A stretch of DNA of 64,000 nucleotides from Acidimicrobiia bacterium (lineage in GTDB: Bacteria; Actinomycetota; Acidimicrobiia; Spongiisociales; ZC4RG35): the NCBI GenBank assembly GCA_965216445.1, contig OZ244166.1:1565176-1629175 (forward strand), read 5' to 3'. The position numbers and the translations under genes were made by a program. Every line of letters begins with the position of its first letter. Position 1 is the stretch's first letter. Positions 8,850 to 17,188 of the stretch are shown piece by piece. The notes below the pieces were generated by a model. That model had not been told where the DNA came from. It did no database searches and worked only from the letters and a program-made list of their open reading frames with translations.

Positions 8850-11800
8850 TCAACGAAAGTCCCTGGACTTCACAGTCTGAACTCCTATCGCTTCGAACCC
8901 CCTTGCCACCACATTGGTCACACCATCGTTGAATTCGAGTCGACCGTCGATGATCAGTGCGGGACTCTTGCGCACGATTTCTCTGTTCTTGGTCCAAACA
9001 TCGGGTAAAACCACGATATTGAGTAGACCGGTTTCGTCTTCGAGGTTCAGGAAGTGAACTCCTTTGGCGGTTCCCGGTCGTTGTCTGTGTGTGACGACAC
9101 CGGCTACCTTGATTCGGAGCCCATGTTTCTGAGCAGCCAGAGTTTCAGCGGCTGTGAGGCAATCCCCGAGACGGTCGCGAACAAAACTCATGGGGTGCCG
9201 AGAAGAGACTCCTGTTGACCACAAGTCTGCACGGTGTTCTTCCTCCAGATTCATACCCTCCAATACTGGAGACTCAATACCAGGTGACAACGCAAGACGC
9301 TCTGGATCGATCTCAGCCAGGGCACCTGCCGCCCACAGCCCTTCGCGACGACCGAGACCAACTGATTCGAGAGCACCGGCAGCTGCCAGCCCTTCGAGCG
9401 CATCGACTTTCAAGCCGGTACGAAAGGCAAGATCCTCCGGTGATTCGAAGGGGCCGCCGAATATCCGAGCTGCTTCGATCCTGGTGACTTCCTTCTCACC
9501 GAGATTCCTCACATAGCGAAGGCCCATCCGGACTGCGACGGCAGGTCTGATCGGATCATCTACCGCACCACGACCTCTTCGCCAGCTCTCACCGAGATAG
9601 CTGACAACATCGTCGGGGTCTGCCTCGTAGGACTCAATCGTGCAGTCGTGCCAGGAGATGTTTACGTCGGGAGGGAGCACGACAACTCCGTGACGTTGCG
9701 CGTCTTGGACCAACGAATTGGGGCTGTAGAAACCCATTGGTTGGGCGTTGAGCAGCCCTGCAAGGAACTCCGCTGGATAGTGAAACCTCAGCCAAACTGA
9801 CATATAGACGATGTAGGCAAAACTCACTGAGTGGCTCTCGGGGAATCCGAAACTGGCAAATCCTTGGAGTTTCTCCCATATCTCGTCAGCAGCAGCTCCC
9901 ACCACGCCGTTCGCAGCCATCCCTGCAAATACTTCATCTTTCAGACGCGACATCGCCACCTCCGACCGCTTGTGAGTCATGGCCTGACGTAGCCGGTCGG
10001 CTTGACCACCGTCGAAACCAGCGCAGACCCTGGCCAATTCCATTAGCTGTTCTTGGAAAATGGGCACACCAAGGGTCTTCTTGAGAATTGGCTCGGCAAG
10101 CGGATGCGGGTACCGCACCGGTTCTTCGCCATTACGTCGACGCAGGTAGGGGTGTACGGATTGGCCCTGAATCGGGCCAGGACGGATCAAGGCGACTTCC
10201 ACGGCGAGGTCATAGAAAGTCTTTGGTTTCATCTTGGGGAGAGTCGCCATCTGCGCTCGAGACTCAATCTGGAACACACCTACGGTGTCTGATCGAGTGA
10301 TCGACCGATACAGAGCCGGCTCCTGAGGGATCCGCGCCAAATCTATGTCGACTCCGTGGTGGTCCAAGATCAGGTCATGAGCAAGATGTAGAGCATTGAG
10401 CATGCCCAAACCGAGTAGGTCGAACTTGACCACGCCCACAGCCGCAGAGTCGTCTTTGTCCCATTGGATGACAGTCCGCCCCTCCATACGCCCCCATTCC
10501 ACGGGCACCACATGCCAGAGAGGGCGATCTGCGATGACCATCCCACCGGAGTGGATACCAAGGTGTCTCGGATATCCGTCGAGCCGCCAGCAGATGTCGT
10601 AAATCATCTCCGCGGTCAACCCTTGCGGCAAAGGCGCATCCATAGCCCGTAACTGAGCTGGATCACGAGTGTCTACATACTGGGAAAGACCATCTACCTG
10701 CGCCTGGGTGAAGCCAAACGTCTTGGCTACGTCACGGAGAACCGAGCGCGCCCGATAGGTGATCACATTGGCCACCATGGCTGCCCGCTCTCTCCCGTAC
10801 TTTCGATAGCAGTACTGGATGACCTCCTCGCGACGATCTGCCTCGAAGTCAACGTCGATGTCAGGCGGTTTTCCTCTTTCTTCGGAAAGGAACCGCTCGA
10901 AAGGGAGGTGAAGTCTGATGGGATCAACTCGGGTCAGCCCGATACAGCGACAGACCGCGGAATCCGCCCCGGAACCCCGGATCTGGCAATAGATGTCCTG
11001 CTCTCTGGCAAAGTCGACCAAGTCTTTGACTACCAGGAAATACCCGGCAAAACCCAGACGGGCGATGATGTCGAGTTCATGTCGCAGGCGTCGTCGTGCC
11101 ATAGGGTCTATCCCATCGTCAGATCCGGGGTAGACATCGCGCGCCCCCTCCCAAGCGAGGGACTCCAGATAATCCATCTCATCGCGAAAGTGTCCTGGCA
11201 TCGGAAAATCAGGGAGCTGTGGTGCCATCAGGCCAAGGTCGAAGGCCAACCGGTTGCCAAGCTGAGCACTCCTTGCCACTACCCCCGGATACCTGGAGAA
11301 TCTCGCGGTCATCTCAGATGGAGTCTTCAAGAACCTCTCATCACTTGCGGGACGGAAACCATCAGCCTCAGCCAAGGTGCGACGACCGCCAATTGCTGCC
11401 AGGACTTCAGACAGGTAGGCGTCTGATCGTTGGTGGTAGTGCACCTGGTTTGTTGCAACAGTCGAAACGCCTAATCGGTGGGCGACCTCCCAGAGGAGAT
11501 CATTCCTTGTGTCATCTTCGGGCATCCGGTGATGCCACATCTCGATGTGAAGTCGGGCACCGAACAGATCTTGAAGTCTTCCAGTTTCGCGAATTGTTGC
11601 GGCTAGATCGCCAGTCAATGCGGCTTTGGGAACGGCACCGGAGTGGCAACCGGTAAGGGCATGCACATCCTGGTTGTTGGCAACTTCACCCAGGTCTGCG
11701 TATATGTAGATCGGGTGGTCTTTCTCCCCACGGAGCTGGGCACGGGTCACCATTTTCGAAAGGGCGCGGTACCCGGATGGCGATCCAGCCAGCAGCACCA

Positions 11801-12191
11801 AATGGTCAGATTCGGGCAAATCAGTTGGTTTGGTTCCATGAGATCTGACACTCCGGCCGCGACGCAGCCGTCCTTGACCGCCTTTGGATCGGGTATAGCG
11901 AATCTGATCCCAGTCTTCGGCCCGCCGCATTGGATCACCCGTGTCTACCTGACCGGGCTCGAATCCAACTTCGACTCCATATATGACCGGCAACCCCGAC
12001 GTTTGTGCGGCCTGCCAAAACCGCGACACGCCATAGAACCCGTCATGATCGGTTACTGCCAGCGCCTCATAGCCCAGTTCGACTGCTCGTTCCACCAGAT
12101 CCTCGGGATGAGATGCTCCATCCAGGAATGAGAAATTGGTGTGGCAATGCAGTTCGGCGTAACCGGTCACCGCCCATACTATATCGAACAT
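8850..12191 (-). CDS. dnaE2: error-prone DNA polymerase DnaE2 (ImuC)
   Basis: 1113 aa (DnaE2-sized, not DnaE1-sized). PHP domain HCHTNFSFLDGAS. The C-terminus ends ...VTHRQRPGTAKGVHFLNLEDETG...SRDFR, like mycobacterial DnaE2. A LexA box lies on the start codon. Confidence 0.85.
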   Translation of the reverse strand: MFDIVWAVTGYAELHCHTNFSFLDGASHPEDLVERAVELGYEALAVTDHDGFYGVSRFWQAAQTSGLPVIYGVEVGFEPGQVDTGDPMRRAEDWDQIRYTRSKGGQGRLRRGRSVRSHGTKPTDLPESDHLVLLAGSPSGYRALSKMVTRAQLRGEKDHPIYIYADLGEVANNQDVHALTGCHSGAVPKAALTGDLAATIRETGRLQDLFGARLHIEMWHHRMPEDDTRNDLLWEVAHRLGVSTVATNQVHYHQRSDAYLSEVLAAIGGRRTLAEADGFRPASDERFLKTPSEMTARFSRYPGVVARSAQLGNRLAFDLGLMAPQLPDFPMPGHFRDEMDYLESLAWEGARDVYPGSDDGIDPMARRRLRHELDIIARLGFAGYFLVVKDLVDFAREQDIYCQIRGSGADSAVCRCIGLTRVDPIRLHLPFERFLSEERGKPPDIDVDFEADRREEVIQYCYRKYGRERAAMVANVITYRARSVLRDVAKTFGFTQAQVDGLSQYVDTRDPAQLRAMDAPLPQGLTAEMIYDICWRLDGYPRHLGIHSGGMVIADRPLWHVVPVEWGRMEGRTVIQWDKDDSAAVGVVKFDLLGLGMLNALHLAHDLILDHHGVDIDLARIPQEPALYRSITRSDTVGVFQIESRAQMATLPKMKPKTFYDLAVEVALIRPGPIQGQSVHPYLRRRNGEEPVRYPHPLAEPILKKTLGVPIFQEQLMELARVCAGFDGGQADRLRQAMTHKRSEVAMSRLKDEVFAGMAANGVVGAAADEIWEKLQGFASFGFPESHSVSFAYIVYMSVWLRFHYPAEFLAGLLNAQPMGFYSPNSLVQDAQRHGVVVLPPDVNISWHDCTIESYEADPDDVVSYLGESWRRGRGAVDDPIRPAVAVRMGLRYVRNLGEKEVTRIEAARIFGGPFESPEDLAFRTGLKVDALEGLAAAGALESVGLGRREGLWAAGALAEIDPERLALSPGIESPVLEGMNLEEEHRADLWSTGVSSRHPMSFVRDRLGDCLTAAETLAAQKHGLRIKVAGVVTHRQRPGTAKGVHFLNLEDETGLLNIVVLPDVWTKNREIVRKSPALIIDGRLEFNDGVTNVVARGFEAIGVQTVKSRDFR

Positions 12192-12199
12192 ATGTTCGA
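12184..12199. promoter_or_regulatory. LexA (SOS) box TCGAACATATGTTCGA overlapping the dnaE2 start codon
   Basis: Perfect actinobacterial SOS consensus TCGAAC-N4-GTTCGA. The same 16-mer recurs at 35540-35555. Confidence 0.75.
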
Positions 12200-12261
12200 T
12201 TATTCAAAGCGAGAAGGGTAAGCATCTGAAACCCAACGACCGTCCTCGAGGTCAGAACAGC

Positions 12262-13617
12262 ATGAGGGCAATAAAGAGGGCAATGGGGTCGGCTGAAAAG
12301 CTGGCCATCGCAACACCACCGGAGCGAAACCGCTACGTCGACTTGCTGAGAGCGCTATCGATCCTGGTTGTGGTCTTTGGCCACTGGCTGATGGCAGCTC
12401 CTGAAGTAATCGATGGCGAGATCAGGATCGGTCATGCGCTCACTGATATCCCTTGGACTCGGGGTTTGACCTGGGTTCTGCAGGTAATGCCCATCTTCTT
12501 CTTCGTGGGCGGTTTCTCCAACGCCCTCGGACTCAGGGCCGCCAGACGCAAAGGGACGGCCTACGGCAAGTGGCTGAGAGACAGGCTACGTCGATTGGTA
12601 GTCCCAGTTCTTCCTGTACTGGCCCTATGGGCGCCCGGTGCGTGGTTGGCTGTGAACTCCGGCGTCGATAGCGAGCTGGTCAGGATCGGTTCACAGGCCG
12701 CCCTGGTTCCGGTCTGGTTCTTGGCGACATACGTGGTGATCGTGGCGATGGCGCCGTTCACCCTTGCCATGTGGGAAAGGTTCGGATGGGGCGCTCTCGC
12801 CACATTCACAGCGCTTGCGGCCGCCGTCGACATCGCATACATAGGCTTCGACATCGACCCCGTCCGCTGGCTCAACTATCTGTTCGTCTGGAACGCCGTC
12901 CACATCCTCGGCTATACGTGGGCAGACGGGCGTATCGGCAACATCGCCCACCGACTGGGAATCATGATCGGAGGATTTGTCACTCTTGCCGGACTGATCG
13001 TGCTGGGACCCTATCCGGTTTCGATGGTCGGATTCACTGGTGAAAACATCACGAACTCCAACCCACCGAAAGTCACGCTGATCGCACTTGGCGTATTCCA
13101 GTTCGGACTTGCCATGACTCTGGAAGGGCCGGCGCGAGCACGACTTCAGCGACTCAGAAGCTGGACACGTGTTGTCGCGATCAACGGATCAATCATGACC
13201 CTCTACCTATGGCACCTGACGGCGATGGTCGCCGTCGTTGGCATCCTCTTATTGATCGGTGCACCCGGACTCGGACTCGAAGTCGGCACCGTCGAATGGT
13301 GGGTCACCCGACCGATCTGGATTGCCCTGATGATGTTGGCAACCATCCCATTTCTTGTTGTCTTCGCCAGGTTCGAACGACCACGTGTCGACAACCGCCC
13401 CGCCCCGCCGGCGTGGAAACCGGTTGTGGCAACCCTCGCTGTCTGTGCGGGTCTAGGGCTCCTGGCGTCAGGCGGTATCGCCGACGCTGATGGATTGAAC
13501 GTGGTTGCGTTGCTGCTACCAGTTGTCGGCGTGGTTTCTTTCGGCGTGGTCGGGGCGGGTCGCTGGGAGCGTCGTCAGGAAACAAATCTCAAGGAAGATG
13601 CAGACGTTTCCACCTAG
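12262..13617 (+). CDS. acyltransferase family 3 (OatA-like) integral membrane protein
   Basis: 451 aa with 10 or more TM helices; the N-terminal YVDLLRALSILVVVFGHW resembles the acyltransferase_3 motif. Confidence 0.65.
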   Translation: MRAIKRAMGSAEKLAIATPPERNRYVDLLRALSILVVVFGHWLMAAPEVIDGEIRIGHALTDIPWTRGLTWVLQVMPIFFFVGGFSNALGLRAARRKGTAYGKWLRDRLRRLVVPVLPVLALWAPGAWLAVNSGVDSELVRIGSQAALVPVWFLATYVVIVAMAPFTLAMWERFGWGALATFTALAAAVDIAYIGFDIDPVRWLNYLFVWNAVHILGYTWADGRIGNIAHRLGIMIGGFVTLAGLIVLGPYPVSMVGFTGENITNSNPPKVTLIALGVFQFGLAMTLEGPARARLQRLRSWTRVVAINGSIMTLYLWHLTAMVAVVGILLLIGAPGLGLEVGTVEWWVTRPIWIALMMLATIPFLVVFARFERPRVDNRPAPPAWKPVVATLAVCAGLGLLASGGIADADGLNVVALLLPVVGVVSFGVVGAGRWERRQETNLKEDADVST

Positions 13618-13626
13618 TGTGACCGT

Positions 13627-14121
13627 ATGGAGGTCTCACTGCGCCCCCTCGTTGATGCCGACGTACTGGCCGTTCAGATCGGCCTGTACAACGCCGTGAC
13701 ATGGAATCAACCCGATGCGCCACCACTCGAGGTAGCTGTTCACCACCCGCAACTGAAGGTGTACTGGGAGGGCTGGGGTCGACCCGGAGATATGGGGGTG
13801 GTGGCGGAGAGCGAACGCGAGAGTATTGGTGCGGCGTTTGCACGCCTTTTCCGAAGCCGCGACGAGTCCGACGGGTTCGTCGATCCCTCCGTACCTGAAC
13901 TCGGAATCGGGATCGTTCCCGGCTACAGATCCAGAGGCATTGGGCGGAGTCTGATGGAGGCGCTGCATGACGAAGCACGGGGCCATGGGTTCGACAGGTT
14001 GAGTCTCAGCGTCCACCTGACCAACCCGGCAGTCGATCTCTACAAGTCGCTTGGATACGAAGAACTGGACAGGGATACGAAAAGCGCCCGAATGATCAAG
14101 ACGCTGAGCAGGGCGGAGTAG
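13627..14121 (+). CDS. GNAT-family N-acetyltransferase
   Basis: GIGIVPGYRSRGIGRSLMEAL is the acetyl-CoA-binding R/QxxGxG/A motif; 164 aa. Confidence 0.75.
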   Translation: MEVSLRPLVDADVLAVQIGLYNAVTWNQPDAPPLEVAVHHPQLKVYWEGWGRPGDMGVVAESERESIGAAFARLFRSRDESDGFVDPSVPELGIGIVPGYRSRGIGRSLMEALHDEARGHGFDRLSLSVHLTNPAVDLYKSLGYEELDRDTKSARMIKTLSRAE

Positions 14122-14140
14122 CGTCGTATCAGGAGGAGAC

Positions 14141-14365
14141 ATGTCATCAATCACTAAAACAATCCGACTGTCAGGGCAGGCCGGGGGTTCAATTGAGGAT
14201 GCAGTGAGAACAGTCCTCGCTCGGGCCGGCACCACGATTAGCGATATCCAGAAATTCGAGATTGTCAGAGTTGGCGGAAAGGTGGACAGTTCTGGTGCCC
14301 CCACCCTGTTCTCGGTGACGTTGGACATCACGTTCGGGATCAAAGACACCGTCGAACACGGCTAG
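14141..14365 (+). CDS. dodecin-family flavin-binding protein
   Basis: 74 aa; pattern ...IRLSG.....IEDAV...LARA..TI......FEIV...G.......FSVTLDITF resembles the dodecin (DUF1458) fold. Confidence 0.55.
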   Translation: MSSITKTIRLSGQAGGSIEDAVRTVLARAGTTISDIQKFEIVRVGGKVDSSGAPTLFSVTLDITFGIKDTVEHG

Positions 14366-14375
14366 GAAACCCCTG

Positions 14376-14798
14376 TTGACCAAGTACCTAGTTGCCCTGC
14401 TCCTCAGTGCTGGTTCCATCGGGTCCCTCTGGGCCGCAAGCGAAGTTCTTGACACGGCTCAGCGCCAGCTGGGCTCGACATTCCAGCTCCCGACGGGACG
14501 TCTGTTGCTCTCCTCTGTCCTCTACATATTGGCGGGGGCGCTCTTTTCGGGAGTTCTGATGATCAGAGCGAAGCGGGACCACCGATATGGATATCTAGCG
14601 GCCGCGGGACTGCTCCCCGCTCTCATCGTCGCGTATCAATTCATGTTCTACGCAGGCTGGTCGCTACCGCGGCGCCAAGTGTTCTGGATATTCTCAGAAG
14701 ACGTCGGGGCCGTCTCAGCCTTCGCCGTTGGAGCGGTGATTGCGCACCTGGTGTGGAGAGCAACGGGACCATCACGATTTGAAGTCGCTGATGGATAA
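14376..14798 (+). CDS. hypothetical membrane protein
   Basis: 140 aa with 4 predicted TM helices; starts 10 nt after the dodecin stop. Confidence 0.4.
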   Translation: MTKYLVALLLSAGSIGSLWAASEVLDTAQRQLGSTFQLPTGRLLLSSVLYILAGALFSGVLMIRAKRDHRYGYLAAAGLLPALIVAYQFMFYAGWSLPRRQVFWIFSEDVGAVSAFAVGAVIAHLVWRATGPSRFEVADG

Positions 14799-15768
14799 CA
14801 TTCCCGAAGCGCGCAACCTCGGAAACGGGATCTACCAAGTCCCCGCCCCACTCCCCTTTCGATCACCTGCGTTCGTCAATACGTATCTGATCGAAAGCGG
14901 CGATGGCCTCCTGATGCTCGACTGTGGCAGCGATTGGGACCCGGGCCGGGACACCATCCGCTCCGGATTCGAGAGCTTGGGACTCTCCGAAGACGCCGTA
15001 CACACTCTGGTCGTGTCCCACCTCCATCTCGACCATGTCGGGATGGCGGGTCGGATGGTTGATGAGCTCGGATGCGATTTTGTCATGCACGAACGAGCCG
15101 AGAAGCTCGTTGACTCATACAACGACACGCCAGCGTACGTAGCTCGGCTGGTGCGCCTGGGTCACACTCACGGCATCCCGGAGCAGATCCTCGAGTCAGT
15201 TTCAGACTTCCCCCGGCCCGACTACATGCCGATAATCCCCAAGCCAAACCTGACTGTGGCCGATGGCCACAGCTTCGACCTCGGTAGCGGCCGCAGCTTA
15301 TCGGTTGTGCACACGCCCGGCCACGAGCCAGCTCACATCTGTCTGGTTGATTCGAGAACCGGCATCACCTTCTCCGGAGACCATGTTCTTCCTCGGATCT
15401 CGCCGGTCATCATGTACGACGGTGTCCTCGATGATCCCCTCGGTGAATATCTGAACTCGTTGCAAAAACTGATCAATATGGGCATTGAGCTCACCTACCC
15501 GGCCCACGGTTCGATAGTGGAACAGGGTGACGAACGGGCCCGGCAAATCCTGCTCCACCACGACCGACGCCTGCTCGACATGGCAGAGCTTGTCAGGAGT
15601 GAGGACACCAGCGCGTGGGAGGTCATGGTGAAGTCTTTTCGCCCCCACCTAGACCCGCTTCAGGCCCGACTCGCCTTCTTGGAGACGATCTCCCATCTCG
15701 AGCACCTTCGGATTACAGGGAGAATCCGTCACGTGGAGACGGACGGCATAACGATTTACGGTCGATAG
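14791..15768 (+). CDS. MBL-fold metallo-hydrolase
   Basis: HLHLDHVG (HxHxDH) motif. The ORF opens at 14740, but an internal Met at 14791 avoids a 58-nt overlap. Confidence 0.7.
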   Translation: MDNIPEARNLGNGIYQVPAPLPFRSPAFVNTYLIESGDGLLMLDCGSDWDPGRDTIRSGFESLGLSEDAVHTLVVSHLHLDHVGMAGRMVDELGCDFVMHERAEKLVDSYNDTPAYVARLVRLGHTHGIPEQILESVSDFPRPDYMPIIPKPNLTVADGHSFDLGSGRSLSVVHTPGHEPAHICLVDSRTGITFSGDHVLPRISPVIMYDGVLDDPLGEYLNSLQKLINMGIELTYPAHGSIVEQGDERARQILLHHDRRLLDMAELVRSEDTSAWEVMVKSFRPHLDPLQARLAFLETISHLEHLRITGRIRHVETDGITIYGR

Positions 15769-15772
15769 GCCT

Positions 15773-16123
15773 CTATCTGGAGTCGCACCACGCCGCGACG
15801 ATCGAGCGCAATTCGCTCTCATGCTGCAGAACGTCTTCCAAGTCGGCGAACTTCATATAGCGAGCCGTTTCGCCGCCACCCTCCAATTTCGGAAAGGTTC
15901 CCGGAATCGATGCGCCTGTGTGAAACATGAGGCTCACATGTGACTTGGTCCGGGGATTGAAGCTCGCCATGTTTCCTTCATACATGAAGGTTGGGCTTTT
16001 CCACTTGATGGACTCGGACATTCGCTCGTCGGACATCACGATGTCACGTACCGCCAACATCGCATCCTTTGCTGGATGTTCGTAGCCAGCGAACCACGCT
16101 TCAACCTCGGGATTGGCTTCCAT
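15773..16123 (-). CDS. DUF1801-domain protein
   Basis: 116 aa; resembles the YdhG/DUF1801 family. Confidence 0.45.
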   Translation of the reverse strand: MEANPEVEAWFAGYEHPAKDAMLAVRDIVMSDERMSESIKWKSPTFMYEGNMASFNPRTKSHVSLMFHTGASIPGTFPKLEGGGETARYMKFADLEDVLQHESELRSIVAAWCDSR

Positions 16124-16132
16124 ACGGAGATT

Positions 16133-16474
16133 CTATTTCACGAATTCGGCTGCTGCGATCCCGACACTGAACGCCAAGAGCCAGCTGACCAACGACCCGA
16201 TGAGAACGTATTCGGGAGCGATCCTCTGCGGCTCCGATGAGATCTCGGGGTAACGCAAGATGCTCTTCGCAGCTACCACAATCCCTGCAGCGGCGGCTTG
16301 GCCGGCCAGAACGAGCACAAAGATCAGTAGCCTTTCCAGAATCCCGATCCAGCGACCGGCTCCGTTGCTTTCGGACGGTACGTCGGCGCGCACGGTCTTC
16401 AACACCCATCGCACCAACCAATTGGCCGGCACTGTCATCAGTATGGCGGCAAGCACGATGACCAGCACGTCCAT
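16133..16474 (-). CDS. small membrane protein (DUF3307-like)
   Basis: 113 aa with 3-4 TM helices; stop overlaps the start of the upstream regulator-like gene. Confidence 0.35.
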   Translation of the reverse strand: MDVLVIVLAAILMTVPANWLVRWVLKTVRADVPSESNGAGRWIGILERLLIFVLVLAGQAAAAGIVVAAKSILRYPEISSEPQRIAPEYVLIGSLVSWLLAFSVGIAAAEFVK

Positions 16475-17121
16475 TATCCAACCACCGGGATCACGTCGGG
16501 TTCAGTGTTCAAAATGGTCAGGATGCCGTGAGTCTGCAAACGCCTGCTGATCGAGCTTTGAGCGAGCCCGACTTCATTGGCGATCTCCTTCTGACTCATC
16601 CCCTTGATTCTGAGATTCGCAATCGTCACATCGAGCTCGTCGAATCCGGAGAGCACCTGATCGCGGTTCGATAGGTACGCATTGATCAGTGAGTCCGACT
16701 CGGACCCGGTCCGACATCTGGTTCGAACCGATCGTGGCACCGAGTTGGACTGCTCGGCCGCCTTTACTTCTTCGATCGCTTCACGAGCTCGCCACCAACA
16801 CGGACCGTCCTGGCCGAAGGGTGGGTTCAGGGGTTCGAGAGTCAGTTCCCCCCAACCGATCCCAATCCGCACATCAACCTCGGGCCAGAGGTCGAGACGT
16901 ATCCGGAGTGCTGCCTGTGATGCCTCGGCAATCGTCGAGTACATCGCCTGGAACTCATCCCCGACTGTCATCGTGAGGCGCTGTATGGGCGGAACCGCTT
17001 CATTTGCCTGGTCCATCGCCCGTTGTAGTGCACGTTGAAGATCTTCACGGTCACCAGTCTGCCGCGATCCTGTGACATCTCCGATTATTGCCGCTTTCGA
17101 AGCCTGAGCTTTATGCGCCAT
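16474..17121 (-). CDS. SatD-like protein with C-terminal HTH
   Basis: N-terminal IIGDVTGSRQ... resembles the SatD family; C-terminal MSQKEIANEVGLAQSSISRRL is a helix-turn-helix. Confidence 0.45.
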   Translation of the reverse strand: MAHKAQASKAAIIGDVTGSRQTGDREDLQRALQRAMDQANEAVPPIQRLTMTVGDEFQAMYSTIAEASQAALRIRLDLWPEVDVRIGIGWGELTLEPLNPPFGQDGPCWWRAREAIEEVKAAEQSNSVPRSVRTRCRTGSESDSLINAYLSNRDQVLSGFDELDVTIANLRIKGMSQKEIANEVGLAQSSISRRLQTHGILTILNTEPDVIPVVG

Positions 17122-17174
17122 GGGGGCAAGTATAACAATTATGCGCTAAGGATGCAACAGTTGTCTTTATGCGT
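17110..17174. promoter_or_regulatory. three direct repeats TTATGCGC spaced about 28 bp apart at the SatD-like gene start
   Basis: Copies at 17110-17118, 17139-17147 and 17166-17174; the first overlaps the ATG. Confidence 0.3.
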
Positions 17175-17188
17175 CTTGAGAGCAACCG

